Both the position numbers and the translations under genes were made by a program. Shown here piece by piece: positions 26,001 to 38,098 of a DNA stretch of 64,000 nucleotides. Position 1 is the first letter of the stretch. Each line of letters starts with the position of its first letter. Source of the DNA: Gordius albopunctatus (taxonomy: Eukaryota); contig OZ193910.1 in the NCBI GenBank assembly GCA_964276515.1, forward strand, positions 3,100,001 through 3,164,000, given 5' to 3'. A model generated the notes under the pieces. The model saw only the letters and a list, made by a program, of their open reading frames with translations, searched no databases and was not told the DNA's origin.

Positions 26001-29000
26001 CAAAGTTTAAGCAGAAATAACAATAATTTTTTTTGATTAGTGTTTCGCCCCTGCCCCCGGAATACATGAAATGCCCTACTCCAGCTCAATATACGTCCCA
26101 GCTATCGCCAGTTTCCCAAAGGATAGCCAATACCATTTTTGGTAGCGGTCCGCCCGCTTCACCACAAACCAGAACCCTGGTCCAAGGCCCAACAACTTTA
26201 GCCCCACTCAAAATTAATTCTGGTACCGCTCATAAATTTTACCATAAGTTTAGTTTAAAGGATGATGTGCGTATTTTGATTGTTTGATGTCGAAAAAACT
26301 CAATATTACTATAAAGTTGCTATTCATACCTTTGTCTAAATATGAAAGGGTTTTCTAACTATTTCAAAACTTAGTTAAAACCATAGACTAGATAGGCTGC
26401 TCATCAACGTTAAATGAATCTACGGTTTTTCCGCCATTTTTATATGTGCACATATATAAAGGTTATATAGACTATAGTGATTTTGGTTAATTAAAGTGTT
26501 TTAAAAACATCGTGAAATAAATAGTGTGCTAGTTAAACATTAAAAACAGCATTTTAAAATTTATATCAACAATAAAAAGCAATTTAATGCCATCCACATT
26601 TTTATTATTTATTATTTGTTAACTTATGCTAGGAAAATAATTTCACTTTTTTTGTTTTAACAATGGTGGACGCCACAAAAAGATGAGGGAGATTGTCAAA
26701 TTCAAAATGGAGGATATATTAGTAAACATTTTACAATATGAATTGAGCAGTCTATGGTTAGAAGGGTGTCATATTTTTTCAACGTAGTGGCTTCATTAGG
26801 AATCAAGCGATTCCGCACACCTAATAAACCTTTAGCCTAATAGTTTTAATTTTCGACTTTCTTAAATAAGAAATTTTGGTTTTTTTTTATAAAATCATAC
26901 TTGCAAAGGACACTGTCACGAGAAAGAGCGGCCCCCCTTATAACCTTGATACATTTTTAAGTTGCTTGATATCTTACTTATATACATGATATATTCTTTT
27001 CGTTTTAGATCTCTCAAATATTTCCAAAGTAGCCGATCTGAACTACTGCAAAGTGAGTTTATCCCTGATTTGGATAATGTTTAATTGTTGAAGATAAGTG
27101 TCAATATTTATTTATTTATTTATTTTTTGTAACACTAGATTATAAACGACGCCAAGTTGCGCTCCTTAACGGGTGAATCACGGTGCTCAACCATTGCGAG
27201 CAACTCTTCTCCTCATAAAAGTAATTTTACGGGTGAAAATTATTTTTCAGATAAACACAAAATTAGGCAAGTTTCATCGTTCCTTGAATGGCTCGAGTTT
27301 ATATGTGTGTCTCGAGTTTTTCGAATTTCCCCGCGTGTTGCTTGTTAGCATTGGTGTTGTGAAGGCTGCGTTTTGTTAGGACGACCTTTGGCTTCAGTCT
27401 ACTAAACATAACTAGAACAAAGGTTTTTGGTCTGGTCACGTTTAGTTGACCCTATGCTTAGTCAAAATTCGAAACAGAGACCAGAGTCCAAACTCAACTG
27501 TTTTTCACAGCACTAATTATAGCATTTATAAAATAATTTTCTCCCTCTTTATATCTATTGTTCTCCATGGAAATTAGACTTTTAATAACTTTCGTTACTT
27601 ACGTATAAATCACCGCTCCTTAATGGCATTTATACATCAAGTATGCGCGCTCCCCGATGATAAAAAGAATTTTTATACATATCTCTGATATAAAGGGAAC
27701 TCAAGTGAGTTCAAGTATTAACACTAGCATCAGCTTTAAACTTTATAAACTCAAAATATACATAAACTAAAGCCACCATAAAGTATAGTCTACTGAAACA
27801 TTTCTTAATTGCCCACTACTCAAATCTTATTATTTGAATGATAACAAAATTTTAATGCTCTCCTTGAATAAATTAACGCCATTATTTGCCCCTGTATAAT
27901 ATCGTCGTAGAAGCGATGGACCACCTGTTTTCACTCCTATGCTGAAAGTATTTTTAAATAGCCTTGTTAAAACTTGGGTACACTATTTCTAACAAAGAAC
28001 TTACTTATACGATCACATCGAGCAACACATCGCTGCTATAGGAAAATAAACAAAATTTCGCGCACACAAATTACGTTACCGTTTGGTGTATTATATAAAA
28101 TTTGAGATTTAAATAAAAACGTTCTTCCCGCGCCTTTAGGAAGTTTACCCACCGCATCACAAAACACATCAAAACCCTGCGTCGCCCATAGAAATTCGTG
28201 CTCGGCTCAGAGCTATTACACCTACCCCAACGCTTGCTTAGCGGGTTCCTCGGGTCTAGGTCCAGCCCATCACGCCCGCCATAACTCTCTACTCGCCACC
28301 ACGAACCCTTGCGAACAGCTTTGCAATTATAGGGGCAGTTGTAGCACAAACACCGAACTTGAACGACACTTGCGAAGATTAATTATGTTTGAAGATGAGG
28401 AGGAGGAAGACGTTAAACTCCTGGTTGATGACACGCACCCCAAAAAATTGCTTAGCTTTGAGCAGGCTAACAGGTAGCACGGGGGGCATTAAGGGGGATA
28501 ACTAAGTCGTTTTTATCGTACGTTTCTTGCAGTGAATTCTGCCGATCCCTTTATCTTTATCATAGAGCATTCATATGAAAAGACTCTGATTTCTGAGGGT
28601 CTGCATGAATTAAACACTAATTTAGATTTGTTGAGAACGTGTTGTTTCTGGCTTTAGTTATGAGACACGTTCGTTATATTTATTAGCTTTTGTAAAATTA
28701 TCCCGGCCAATAACTGTTTTAATGTTGTCATATCGGTGTGAGGTTTTGAAACGATTCCGGTTTGGGTATTATGAAGAGAGGGTCGACCCGATTAACGAGT
28801 TTTATCCTTAACCACCATAAAGGTTAAATCGGCATACTGATGAGCTATAATGAAAGCGAAAACGTTATATATGGCTGATATGATCCCCAAATCACACGTA
28901 CAGCGACAGTGACAAATATAGCAGCTGAATTCGTTTCTAATTTAAAGTTTGTCCTAGATGGCATATAAACTAGAGTTATTACTATCATTATTTGATTCGC

Positions 29001-31679
29001 GGTTACCACCACCCGTCGTTAATTGGGCCCTCTACATAATATTCGATAAGCATATGAAGGGTTTTTTGTTAAATATAATTGACTCGTTTTACTCTAGTAT
29101 ACTTTTTTGTATTTGGAAATAAGCTATATTTTAGTTAAATAATTTCAGGGAGTACGTACGCTTTGTGAAAAAGTATGATTCAGAAGAATTGGATATTTGT
29201 GAGAATTTAGTCGTTTTAGTCGAAAGATTTGTTGTATTGCATCCAGTGATTTTGCATCATTTTATTTAAGACCCTTTAACTCATAAGATTCGCTACTTGA
29301 ATTATGTATATGAGTGTAAAGTTTATTTTATTTTTTTAATATTTATAACACGGAAAAAAGGATGTGAAATTATGTTTTATATACAATACTGAGTTTGATA
29401 ATTGTTGACTCTTTGCCAATCTTTCATATAATATAAAATGACAATTTTTTTGTTAAATTGTTTTTATGTTTTAAAATATAATTTGAATAGCAATCCATCA
29501 ACTAATACACCTCAATGCGGCCCCGAAAGTGAAGAATGGAATTTTTTGGTGGAAGCCACGTGTAAAACATTACAAAGTGCGTTCACTTTTTGAATTTTTT
29601 TGAAAATTTTTAATTTAATATATCGACTCAATTTTACGTATTTTGAAGAGAGCGCGATTGCAATAAAAAGGTTTATTATTTATATTTGCTAAAATTAAAA
29701 AGATTTTAATGATAAGCCTAAAGTCTTAATTTCTTAATCATTTACACCTACTTTTATTTTTATATTTGTGCGGGTTTTTGTTTGTTAGTGTGCCAACCTG
29801 AAGATTTCGAAAGCTCAGATACCGTGTCTTCATGGTGTTCTCTGAACGACAATAATGACGTAGAATCCCACAATTCGCTTCGAAAAATATCTGGTCATCC
29901 TACTCAAAACTCCAAGTATCTTTTAAACTTTTTACCCATTTAATTATTTAGCACAGTTGTGTTAAGATTATGGCCCCTTTTCGAATTTTGTTATGGTCAT
30001 TTTCGAAAATTAATTTGAAGTTATTATCTAAAGGCTCAACAAAAATTTTAATTGTTTTTCTGGATCTCATTATTGTAAATGAATGGCACAGATCACTAGC
30101 AACGTATTAAACATATTTTAAAAGGTGCCAAAGGCAAAGTGAGAATAATTCGCTAAATTTCGAGTTACATATCTCACACGCCCCTGGCTTTTGGGCCGAG
30201 CTGGATATATGAAAAAATGAATTTTTTAATGATTAAAATTTTTCTTATTCGATGTAGAGCCATTATAAAGGCGAAGTATAAAAACGGGAAATATATTAAT
30301 ATAAAAGCGGGTAAGAATTTAAAATAAATAAATCACAATTCGAAAGCGTCGCATATATCAACATTTTACAAAGTTTTTGGATATTAAATTTATTTTTTGT
30401 TTCTCCCCTATTACTTGTGACAGTCAGGTAATCACGCAACTCAAAGCACGGTGCCAAAAACTTGAAGCCAAATGCAACGAAGTAAGCAGTCGGCATTATC
30501 ATATAATGCTTTGCGTAAAAGTGTGGGGTCAATTTGACCCCGATTTTAAGAATTTTTCGAAAGGGTATTATACTCGTAATAACAATTTTGGCGTAGTTGC
30601 GTTATCAAGCAGTAGAGCTTTGTTTTATTAAATCATGCCCGAGCAAGACCTGAAGCCCAATCGAGTCGGGCCGGGTCGGGCTTCGGGCGGCTTGTGCAGG
30701 GCTCTATCGAGAGGGAACTTGGCTTAATGGCAGAATATCTTGAAAGTTAACTGCTCCTCAGTTAAAAATCATTTTTATAATTTTTTTGGTAACTGGCAAT
30801 ATTTAATGAAAAGTGGACGTTCATTTTTATCAATTTATCTAATTTGAGATGAGACTTATATAATAATCGTTTTTTAATAAGTCAATGATTATCTTTGAAT
30901 TCTCTATTGTGGTCTCTTCAACTTCAGACTGCTGGAAAGGATTCAAGAAGACATGTTTTGTAATTCAAAAAATTTAATCTAGCTTTTTGGTCTTTTTAAG
31001 CCTTTTAGTTGAACAAATTGGCCTGTTTTTGGGTAAAAGGTCACGCAATTTTGTTGTTATTTTAAGTAGTTTTGATGGTTTAAATCAAGAATAATTGAAA
31101 GTTGATTTAAAGATTGGCTATTTAGGACTTTAACTTTCGAATCATTTGATTAAAATAATAATTAAATTTAAACTTGTTAGCTAACATAGAAGTTTTTAAC
31201 AGAGTAACTCGATGAAATATAAATTAGTCTGGCACGAAAACAATAATGGATATTGGGTTAGGGCGAGGTCGAAAAAATCAAAACCAACCAGCGGTCATTA
31301 GCTAGTTGCGAAAGGAAAAAAAGTCTTTTACATAAGCAACACAGCCATAAAAACACCTAAAAGTTTCCACGGCAATTATTAAAAATTGCAATTTAGACCG
31401 GACGGGCGGGCAGGCGGGCGGGCAACCAAAAACGAGCCCATAAACGGCATATTAATTAATATATAGATGTTATGGTTAAGCCATTACATGGAATTGTATA
31501 TAATTAAATGATGTTACTGAACATTTTTGTTTGTTTAGGAATCTCGGGAAAGAAAGAGCCTGCAAGAACGGATCAAATTTTTAACGGGCGAAAATGAAAA
31601 GTTGAAGCAAGAGCTATCAGTTTGGAGAACGAATTGGCACAGTTCCCCCCTTCCACACAGCAACGCCCAACATCATTGA
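14095..31679 (+). CDS. SIPA1L: Signal-induced proliferation-associated 1-like protein (Rap GTPase-activating protein with PDZ domain and C-terminal coiled coil), multi-exon
   Basis: Phase-consistent GT-AG exons: 14095-14698, 15178-15757, 16100-16533, 16951-17102, 19214-19408, 20093-20168, 20336-20434, 21201-21465, 21872-21978, 22469-22615, 23193-23466, 24204-24315, 24640-24777, 25120-25235, 25751-25951, 26041-26222, 27009-27052 and one starting at 27139. Further exons near 28.1-28.5, 29.8-29.9 and 30.4 kb are less certain. Last exon 31539-31679. Motifs: [89 protein letters not shown], and a PDZ-like QLGFCV...[18 protein letters not shown]. Confidence 0.93.
26381..26756. mobile_element. MITE with CATAGAC...GTCTATG termini (P-element-like), intronic
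   Basis: Terminal inverted sequences and an imperfect 8-bp flanking duplication GTTAAAAC/GTTAGAAG. Confidence 0.55.
28745..29075 (+). mobile_element. Penelope-like pLTR / non-LTR retrozyme-like repeat containing a hammerhead ribozyme
   Basis: Similar to the reverse complement of 39959-40375. The left end carries an inverted copy of the right-end segment (GGG..CCCGATTAACGA / TCGTTAATTGGGCCC). Confidence 0.65.
28828..28879 (+). ncRNA. Minimal type-I hammerhead ribozyme
   Basis: ATCGGC-ATA-CTGATGA-GCT(ataatgaa)AGC-GAA-AACGTT-A-TAT-(ATG)-GCTGAT: intact CUGAUGA and GAAA core, 3-bp stem II, palindromic stem III AACGTT, bulged stem I. Predicted cleavage after A28867. Confidence 0.8.
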
Positions 31680-33523
31680 GATGTCCTCGTTAATTTATAA
31701 CCTTAAAGCGCCTCCTAATAGCATTTAAAATTACGATTCTCATCTTTATAATTGTGTAACGCAAATCTCTATTATCCGTCAACAACTTACTACCCCAAAA
31801 ATTTGTAAAAAGCAACGCGTATTTTTTAAACAATTTTTTAAAACTTGATACATAACGTTATATACCGGTATATGCATATTTATCGTCGCGACTTATACCT
31901 TTATATCGACAACCTAGTTGTTGGACAGAGTTTATAATTTTTCATACGTGACATAATATGAAGTCTACTTTTGCGTTTACTTATTAGCGGGAAGGCACTG
32001 TACTAGAAACAGTTGCTAAGGGATAGTTGAATGCATTGATCTAAAATCGAGAATATTGTTTGTTGAATTTTGTTGTAGAAATCTCTCGATTTCAATTTTT
32101 AAAGGGGAAATTCAATACTTTAATCATTGATATATAGTATATATAAAGAGGGCCCGATTTACGACCGGTGTCAACCGTGAATAGTTATGCGGAAAAACCG
32201 AGAAAAATCTCGGTCTCGTCTCGAAAAACCGAGATGAGACGAGAATTTGAAAAATGGAGTCGAGATCGAGACGAGAATTTTGATGACGAGACGAGATTTT
32301 TTATTGGTCGTTGGATTTTAGTAAACTATTGTGTATTTTGATTTGCATGATTTACATTTAAAGTATTAAGTGTAAATCAATATGTATGGAATATATTTAA
32401 TATTAAAAAAATTCCTAAGTGTACCAAATATTATATATTTTTGCAAAAAATTTAAAATTTGGCGATCATTTACGTAAGTATGGTTGACTTTTAGGGTATG
32501 TGAATAATTTTATAATCCTTATCACATATTTGTTTGGGTTTTTTTCCACCTTTAGTCGTGAATTACGTGCAGCAATGATTTAATATAATTAATAAGGACG
32601 CGAATATACATCAGAGGTAAGATTTGTTGGGAATTTTCTGCCCGAACCAGGCCCGACTAAATTTTTTACCTTCATTGCCCGCCCGGGCTCGCCCGAACCC
32701 ATCTAAGTGTCCGCCGGGGTCCGCCCGAATTGTTAAATCTGCCCGAATCGCCTGGCCCGAAATATTTAATTTGCTCGTTAGTCCCGAATTTATGAGGTCC
32801 CAAAAAGAGGTGTGAGTAATTTAAATTTTTCTGCCCGAACCCGGGCCGGTCCAATTTTAACTAAATTGCCCGCCTGAACCCTTCTAAGTGTCGACTCAGC
32901 CATGCCCAAACCATTAGAGCTGCCCGGCCTGATTAATAAAATTTTCCCGGTAGACCCGAAATTATCCAATCCCAAAATCTTTAGCCACTATTACAAAATA
33001 AGCAATGGCATATTGATCCAAACAAAGATGACAATATTTTATTATTCATATCGTCCACAATTTCCGGGGATAATCTTGTGCGTCTTTCCTCTATTAATCT
33101 TCCTGCGATAGAAAAACTTCTTTCACTAGCAGCACTCGTCGCCGGGATGGCAAAGAGTATTTTTTTAAACCTTGCTAATTTAGGATACCTAAAATATTTA
33201 TAATTTTTAATAACTTTAATGTGACTTGTTTACTTTATTTTTCCACTGTGTTTTTTTAGTTGTTAAGAAATTAAATGAATTACAATTATGCGCATTGTTA
33301 GAAAATGGCATGAGCCTTTGTTTTAAGTCTAGACGGCACACATGTGTAGTGTATTGCGAACAATGAAATGGCTTTGGCTACTACATAAATATAAATAATC
33401 CAATCCTTTCCATAATGGAGTAGGGCAAAGATTTAACTGAACACGATAAAAATGTAATAAAATAATTTACTACCAGAGAGTAAAATGGTTTCTTCCATAG
33501 TATTAGATTAGAGTAGCAGTTTA

Positions 33524-33683
33524 CAGGGGCGTAGCCAGCATTAAAATTAGAGGGGGGCAATAATGATTTAGGGAGGGTCAAAATGATCATATATTGAAAT
33601 TTAGCCATAATTTTAATACATTTTAACAAATTTTTGAGTTTAGAGGGGGGCAGCTGCCCCCCCCCCCTTTGTCTACGCCCATG
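33524..33683. mobile_element. 160-bp MITE, CA(G/T)GGGCGTAG...CTACGCCCATG family (more than 10 copies in the window)
   Basis: 8-bp TSD GCAGTTTA. Related copies near 6316, 8924, 10440, 11235, 12181, 18306, 18614, 19126, 25010, 25495, 45380 and 51160. Confidence 0.85.
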
Positions 33684-34170
33684 GCAGTTTAAATCGTTGT
33701 GATTTTATTCTTTTATAATATAATCTGAAAATTAAAAATTTTTGATCTTGAGACAAACCAGTTAAACTAATTTATTCTAAATAAAATTTAATTTTGAAGA
33801 AATTGAAATTAGGAAATTATATAAACGTACGATGAAGATTTTGTAGAGGCTACGAATTTAATTAAAAAACCTCGCTTATACTTTATCATCGACTGACTTA
33901 TTCAAATTATTATTCACGCACCCTAATAATAGCTCCTCGCTTATACTTTATCATCGCCTGACTTATTCAAATTATTATTCACGCACCCTAATCATAAAAG
34001 TGAATACATTTAAGTATTTGAATGTCTCGCAATTCACCTTATTATACACACAAATAACCTCGCAGAGATGTGTATATAAACGCGATGTTATTAAATAAAA
34101 GTATTCATTCATTTTTCCATGATCTTTTAACTTAACAGCACTTTAAACTTAACATTTGGTGACCCCTAAA

Positions 34171-34968
34171 ATGTCCACCCAACCATCTGATATGGAGGTT
34201 AAAAGCGAAAATGCCACATTTTTTAAACTGCCACAGTTTAACAATATAAATACCCGCTCATGGTTCACTCAAATAGAGGCTCTTTTCTTTGTTAGAAAGA
34301 TAAAAAGCGAAACTACCAAGGCTGGGTACTTAATAGAAGCCTTGCCACTGGAAATAACTGTCGAAATTCAAGACATCCTACAAAATATGCCCGACATTTT
34401 ACCCTATACAACCATTAAAGCCGCCATCATAGACCGCACAAGCCAATCCGATTCTGCTAGACTGCGTGCTCTTCTCACAACTGTGGAATTAGGAGATCGT
34501 ACCCCATCCCAGCTTCTGCGCTTCATGAAAAATCTTCTGGGAACGAATTCCATGGATGAACGAGTTCTTAAAGAATTTTGGATAGAAAAACTTCCAAAAA
34601 ACATGATCGGTATTTTGGCAATTGTTTCTGACGAGCAGCCCCTCTCCAAATTAGCCGAAACTGCAGACAAAATTGTAGAGACCTACCACACCTCCACATG
34701 TTCTAGTGTAAATGTAGTCACGGAAAATGAATCGACTCGGCTTAGGGAGATGATTGCAAAACTCACCCAGGAGGTCCAAAATTTAAAAGTCTCAATCAAT
34801 AGGCCACGTGATCGTTCCAACTCGAGACGCCGCAACCCCTCTACCGTTCGCCACCCTAGCTCGCATGTTCAACCAAATCTCGTTTGTTGGTACCATTATC
34901 GCTTTAAAGACAAGGCGCTCAAATGCGTGCAACCTTGCGCATTTAACCTCCCCGCAACAAACGAATAG
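34171..34968 (+). CDS. gag: Gypsy Gag-like protein
   Basis: KLPQF...[40 protein letters not shown]. Confidence 0.9.
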   Translation: MSTQPSDMEVKSENATFFKLPQFNNINTRSWFTQIEALFFVRKIKSETTKAGYLIEALPLEITVEIQDILQNMPDILPYTTIKAAIIDRTSQSDSARLRALLTTVELGDRTPSQLLRFMKNLLGTNSMDERVLKEFWIEKLPKNMIGILAIVSDEQPLSKLAETADKIVETYHTSTCSSVNVVTENESTRLREMIAKLTQEVQNLKVSINRPRDRSNSRRRNPSTVRHPSSHVQPNLVCWYHYRFKDKALKCVQPCAFNLPATNE

Positions 34969-34979
34969 ACCACCCAGGG

Positions 34980-37900
34980 ATGGCGACGCCTGGACTTGGT
35001 CTAAAACTTAGTCGCTTATTTTACATTTTCGACAAATCCACGGGCCTACGATTCCTCATTGACACAGGCGCAGAGATTTCCATTATTCCGCCTTCCCGAG
35101 ACCATCCTTTGACCCCTTCCTATGTGCAACTCCAGGCCGCCAATTCTACCCCTATCAAAACATATGGCCAAAAGCTTTTCACTTTGGACCTCGGCCTACG
35201 CAAAGAATTTAGATGGATTTTTACAATTGCAGACGTTAAACAGCCAATAATCGGAGCCGATTTTCTTAATCACTACCATCTGGTAGTTGATATAAAAAAG
35301 AAGCAGCTCTTCGATACTCAAACGACATTAACATCTGCAGGTAAGGCTACACTCGCGACGTCAATCAACATACAAGTTGGGATAATTGGCACCTCTCCCA
35401 TCAAATCACTACTTCAGAAGTATGCCTCCATAGTGTCCCCTTCTGATTATAAGGCTCAAGTAACTCACAGCACTCAACACCACATCCACACCAACGGCCC
35501 TCCGGTTCACTCAAAACCAAGGAGACTTTTCCCGGACAAGCTTAAGATTGCCCGAGACGAATTTACTCACATGCTCGAACTTGGTATAATCCGTCCCTCT
35601 AACAGTGACTGGTCCTCACCCCTGCACATGGTACCCAAGAAGGCCGCGGGAGATAGGAGACCTTGTGGCGACTATCGCATGCTCAACAGTCGTACAATTC
35701 CCGATCGTTATCCCCTTCCACACCTCCATGACTTTGCACTGACCCTTTGCAATAAAACGGTATTCTCAAAGATCGATTTAGTCAGGGCTTACCACCAAAT
35801 TCCAATGGCCCCAGAGGATATTTCTAAAACCGCCATCACAACCCCGTTCGGTCTTTTTGAATTTCTTCGCATGCCATTTGGCCTTCGCAACGCTGCTCAG
35901 ACGTTTCAACGCTTTATGGACCAAGTTTTTAGAGAACTTGATTTTGTTTTTGTTTACCTTGACGACGTTCTCATCGCGAGTTCTTCCATTAACGAACACC
36001 ACAATCATATTAGACTGGTTTTTGAAAGACTCAAGACTTTCGGTATTAAAATCAGTCAGGATAAATGCGTATGGTGCCAAAACGAAATTTTTTTTTTGGG
36101 ACACAAAATCACCCCTCAAGGTTTGTCACCCCTTCAGGACAAGGTGGAAGCAATCCTCAATTTCCCACAGCCTACCTCGATGACTCAGTTGAGACGCTTC
36201 TTAGGGATGATTAATTTTTATAGACGTTTTATTCCAATGTGTGCCGATTTACTCAAACCTCTCACCGATATGCTCGACGGTTCAAAGAAGACAATATCCT
36301 GCACCCCGGAAGCTTCGACTGCTTTTAACAATGCCAAACTCGCTTTAAGCAATGTCGTGCCTCTTTCCCATCTTCAAAAAGACGCTAAATTCTCAATCAC
36401 CACCGACGCCTCCAGCTCAGCCGTAGGAGCCGTATTACATCAAACAACTAACGATAAGACGCTGCCTTTAGTTTTTTTTTCCCAAAAGCTAACAAAAACT
36501 CAACAACGATATAGTGCATTCGGTCGCGAATTATTAGCAATATATTTAACAATCCGCCATTACCGCCATTTTTTAGAGGGTCATGAATTCACTATTTATA
36601 CAGACCACAAGCCACTAACTTATGCTTTCAGTACACCTATCGACAAATACTCCCCGCGGGAGATTAGACAGTTAGACTATATTTCGCAATATTCTACCGA
36701 TCTACAATATATAGCTGGCAAATCAAATGTAGTCGCTGACACGCTCTCAAGGTCTGAAATTGATTCCGTTGATTTTAAAGACAGGCCTCTAGTTGAAAGG
36801 TTAGCTTTGGCTCAGATGGAAGAAAATTCGACATTTCAAGACCTAAAGTCTCTAAAAATAACGCAACTTCCTATACCGGGCTCTGATTTGACCGTGCAAT
36901 GCGACATGTCCACAACCTCACCTCGACCACTCGTCCCAACTTCACTCAGACGCGTAATTTTCGATAACTTCCACAACTTATCACACCCTGGTACGCGTGC
37001 AACACTTAAGCTGATTTCACGCCGATATGTTTGGCCCTCCATCAATATGGATGTAAGAAAATGGGCCAAATATGCGTTGCTTGTCAAAAAACGAAAATTC
37101 ATCGTCACATAAAGGCCCCTTTAGGTACATTTGCTGAACCAGACGCTCGATTTAGCCACATCCACGTCGATCTCGTTGGTCCACTACCACCGTCAAATGG
37201 ATATACCCACTTACTCACGATTATTGACCGTTTCACACGATGGCCTGTCGCCATGCCGATCCATGACACCTCAGCCCAAACGGTTGCAAAAGCTCTGATC
37301 AAGTATTGGATAGCTGACCTCGGAGTACCATCAAGCCTCACAACAGATAGAGGTCCCCAGTTTGAGTCCCAATTATTTCGGAATCTCACGCAACTTCTTG
37401 GTGTAAATCACATCACAACCACTGCCTATCACCCACAAGCTAATGGCATGATTGAGAGATTTCATCGACAGCTGAAAAGTTCCTTGATGGCACAAGGTGA
37501 CACAACCAAATGGGATGAGCTCTTACCATTAATTTTGCTTGGCATTCGAACCACCATCAAGGAAGACTTAGGTTGCACTCCAGCCGAATTAGTTTATGGC
37601 ACTACACTTAGACTTCCCGGCGAATTTTTCACGAACTCAAGTACACCTCACAACGCCTCCGAATTTATTAAAGGCCTAAAACAACATTTTTACCATTTGC
37701 CTTTTAAAAAGGTCAGGACACAATCGACAAATGCGGATACAACTTCACTTCTTAGGGAATGTAAATACGTTTTTATCCGTAATGATTTCGTTCGAAAAAG
37801 TTTGGTGCCACCATATGACGGACCGTTCAGAGTAAAGTCCAAACATGCTAAATATTTCATTATTGAAAAAAACGGAAAAGCTGACTCAATTTCTATCGAG

Positions 37901-38098
37901 CGACTGAAACCTGCATATTTAGATACTTCAACTCAGCCGTTTACGGATACCGAAAATTCAAATCCATCCAAATCTAGGCCTACCGACAAAATCGTTGAAC
38001 CAGCTAACTCCGACCCAGACCTAACAAAATCAAAAGAAAACCCATACATCACATCGAGAGGAAGGCACGTGCATTGGCGCTATAAACTACTACACTAA
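34980..38098 (+). CDS. pol: Gypsy Pol (protease, RT, RNase H, integrase) with one frameshift at ~37070
   Basis: [39 protein letters not shown]...[32 protein letters not shown]. Confidence 0.95.

Noticed and set aside
29800..29830. CTGAAGA-TTTC-GAAA-GC-TC hammerhead-like string
   Set aside because: Stem I does not pair, and it lies in a probable SIPA1L coding exon.
34404..37389. Minus-strand and alternate-frame ORFs within the Gypsy element
   Set aside because: They are shadows of gag/pol with no motifs.
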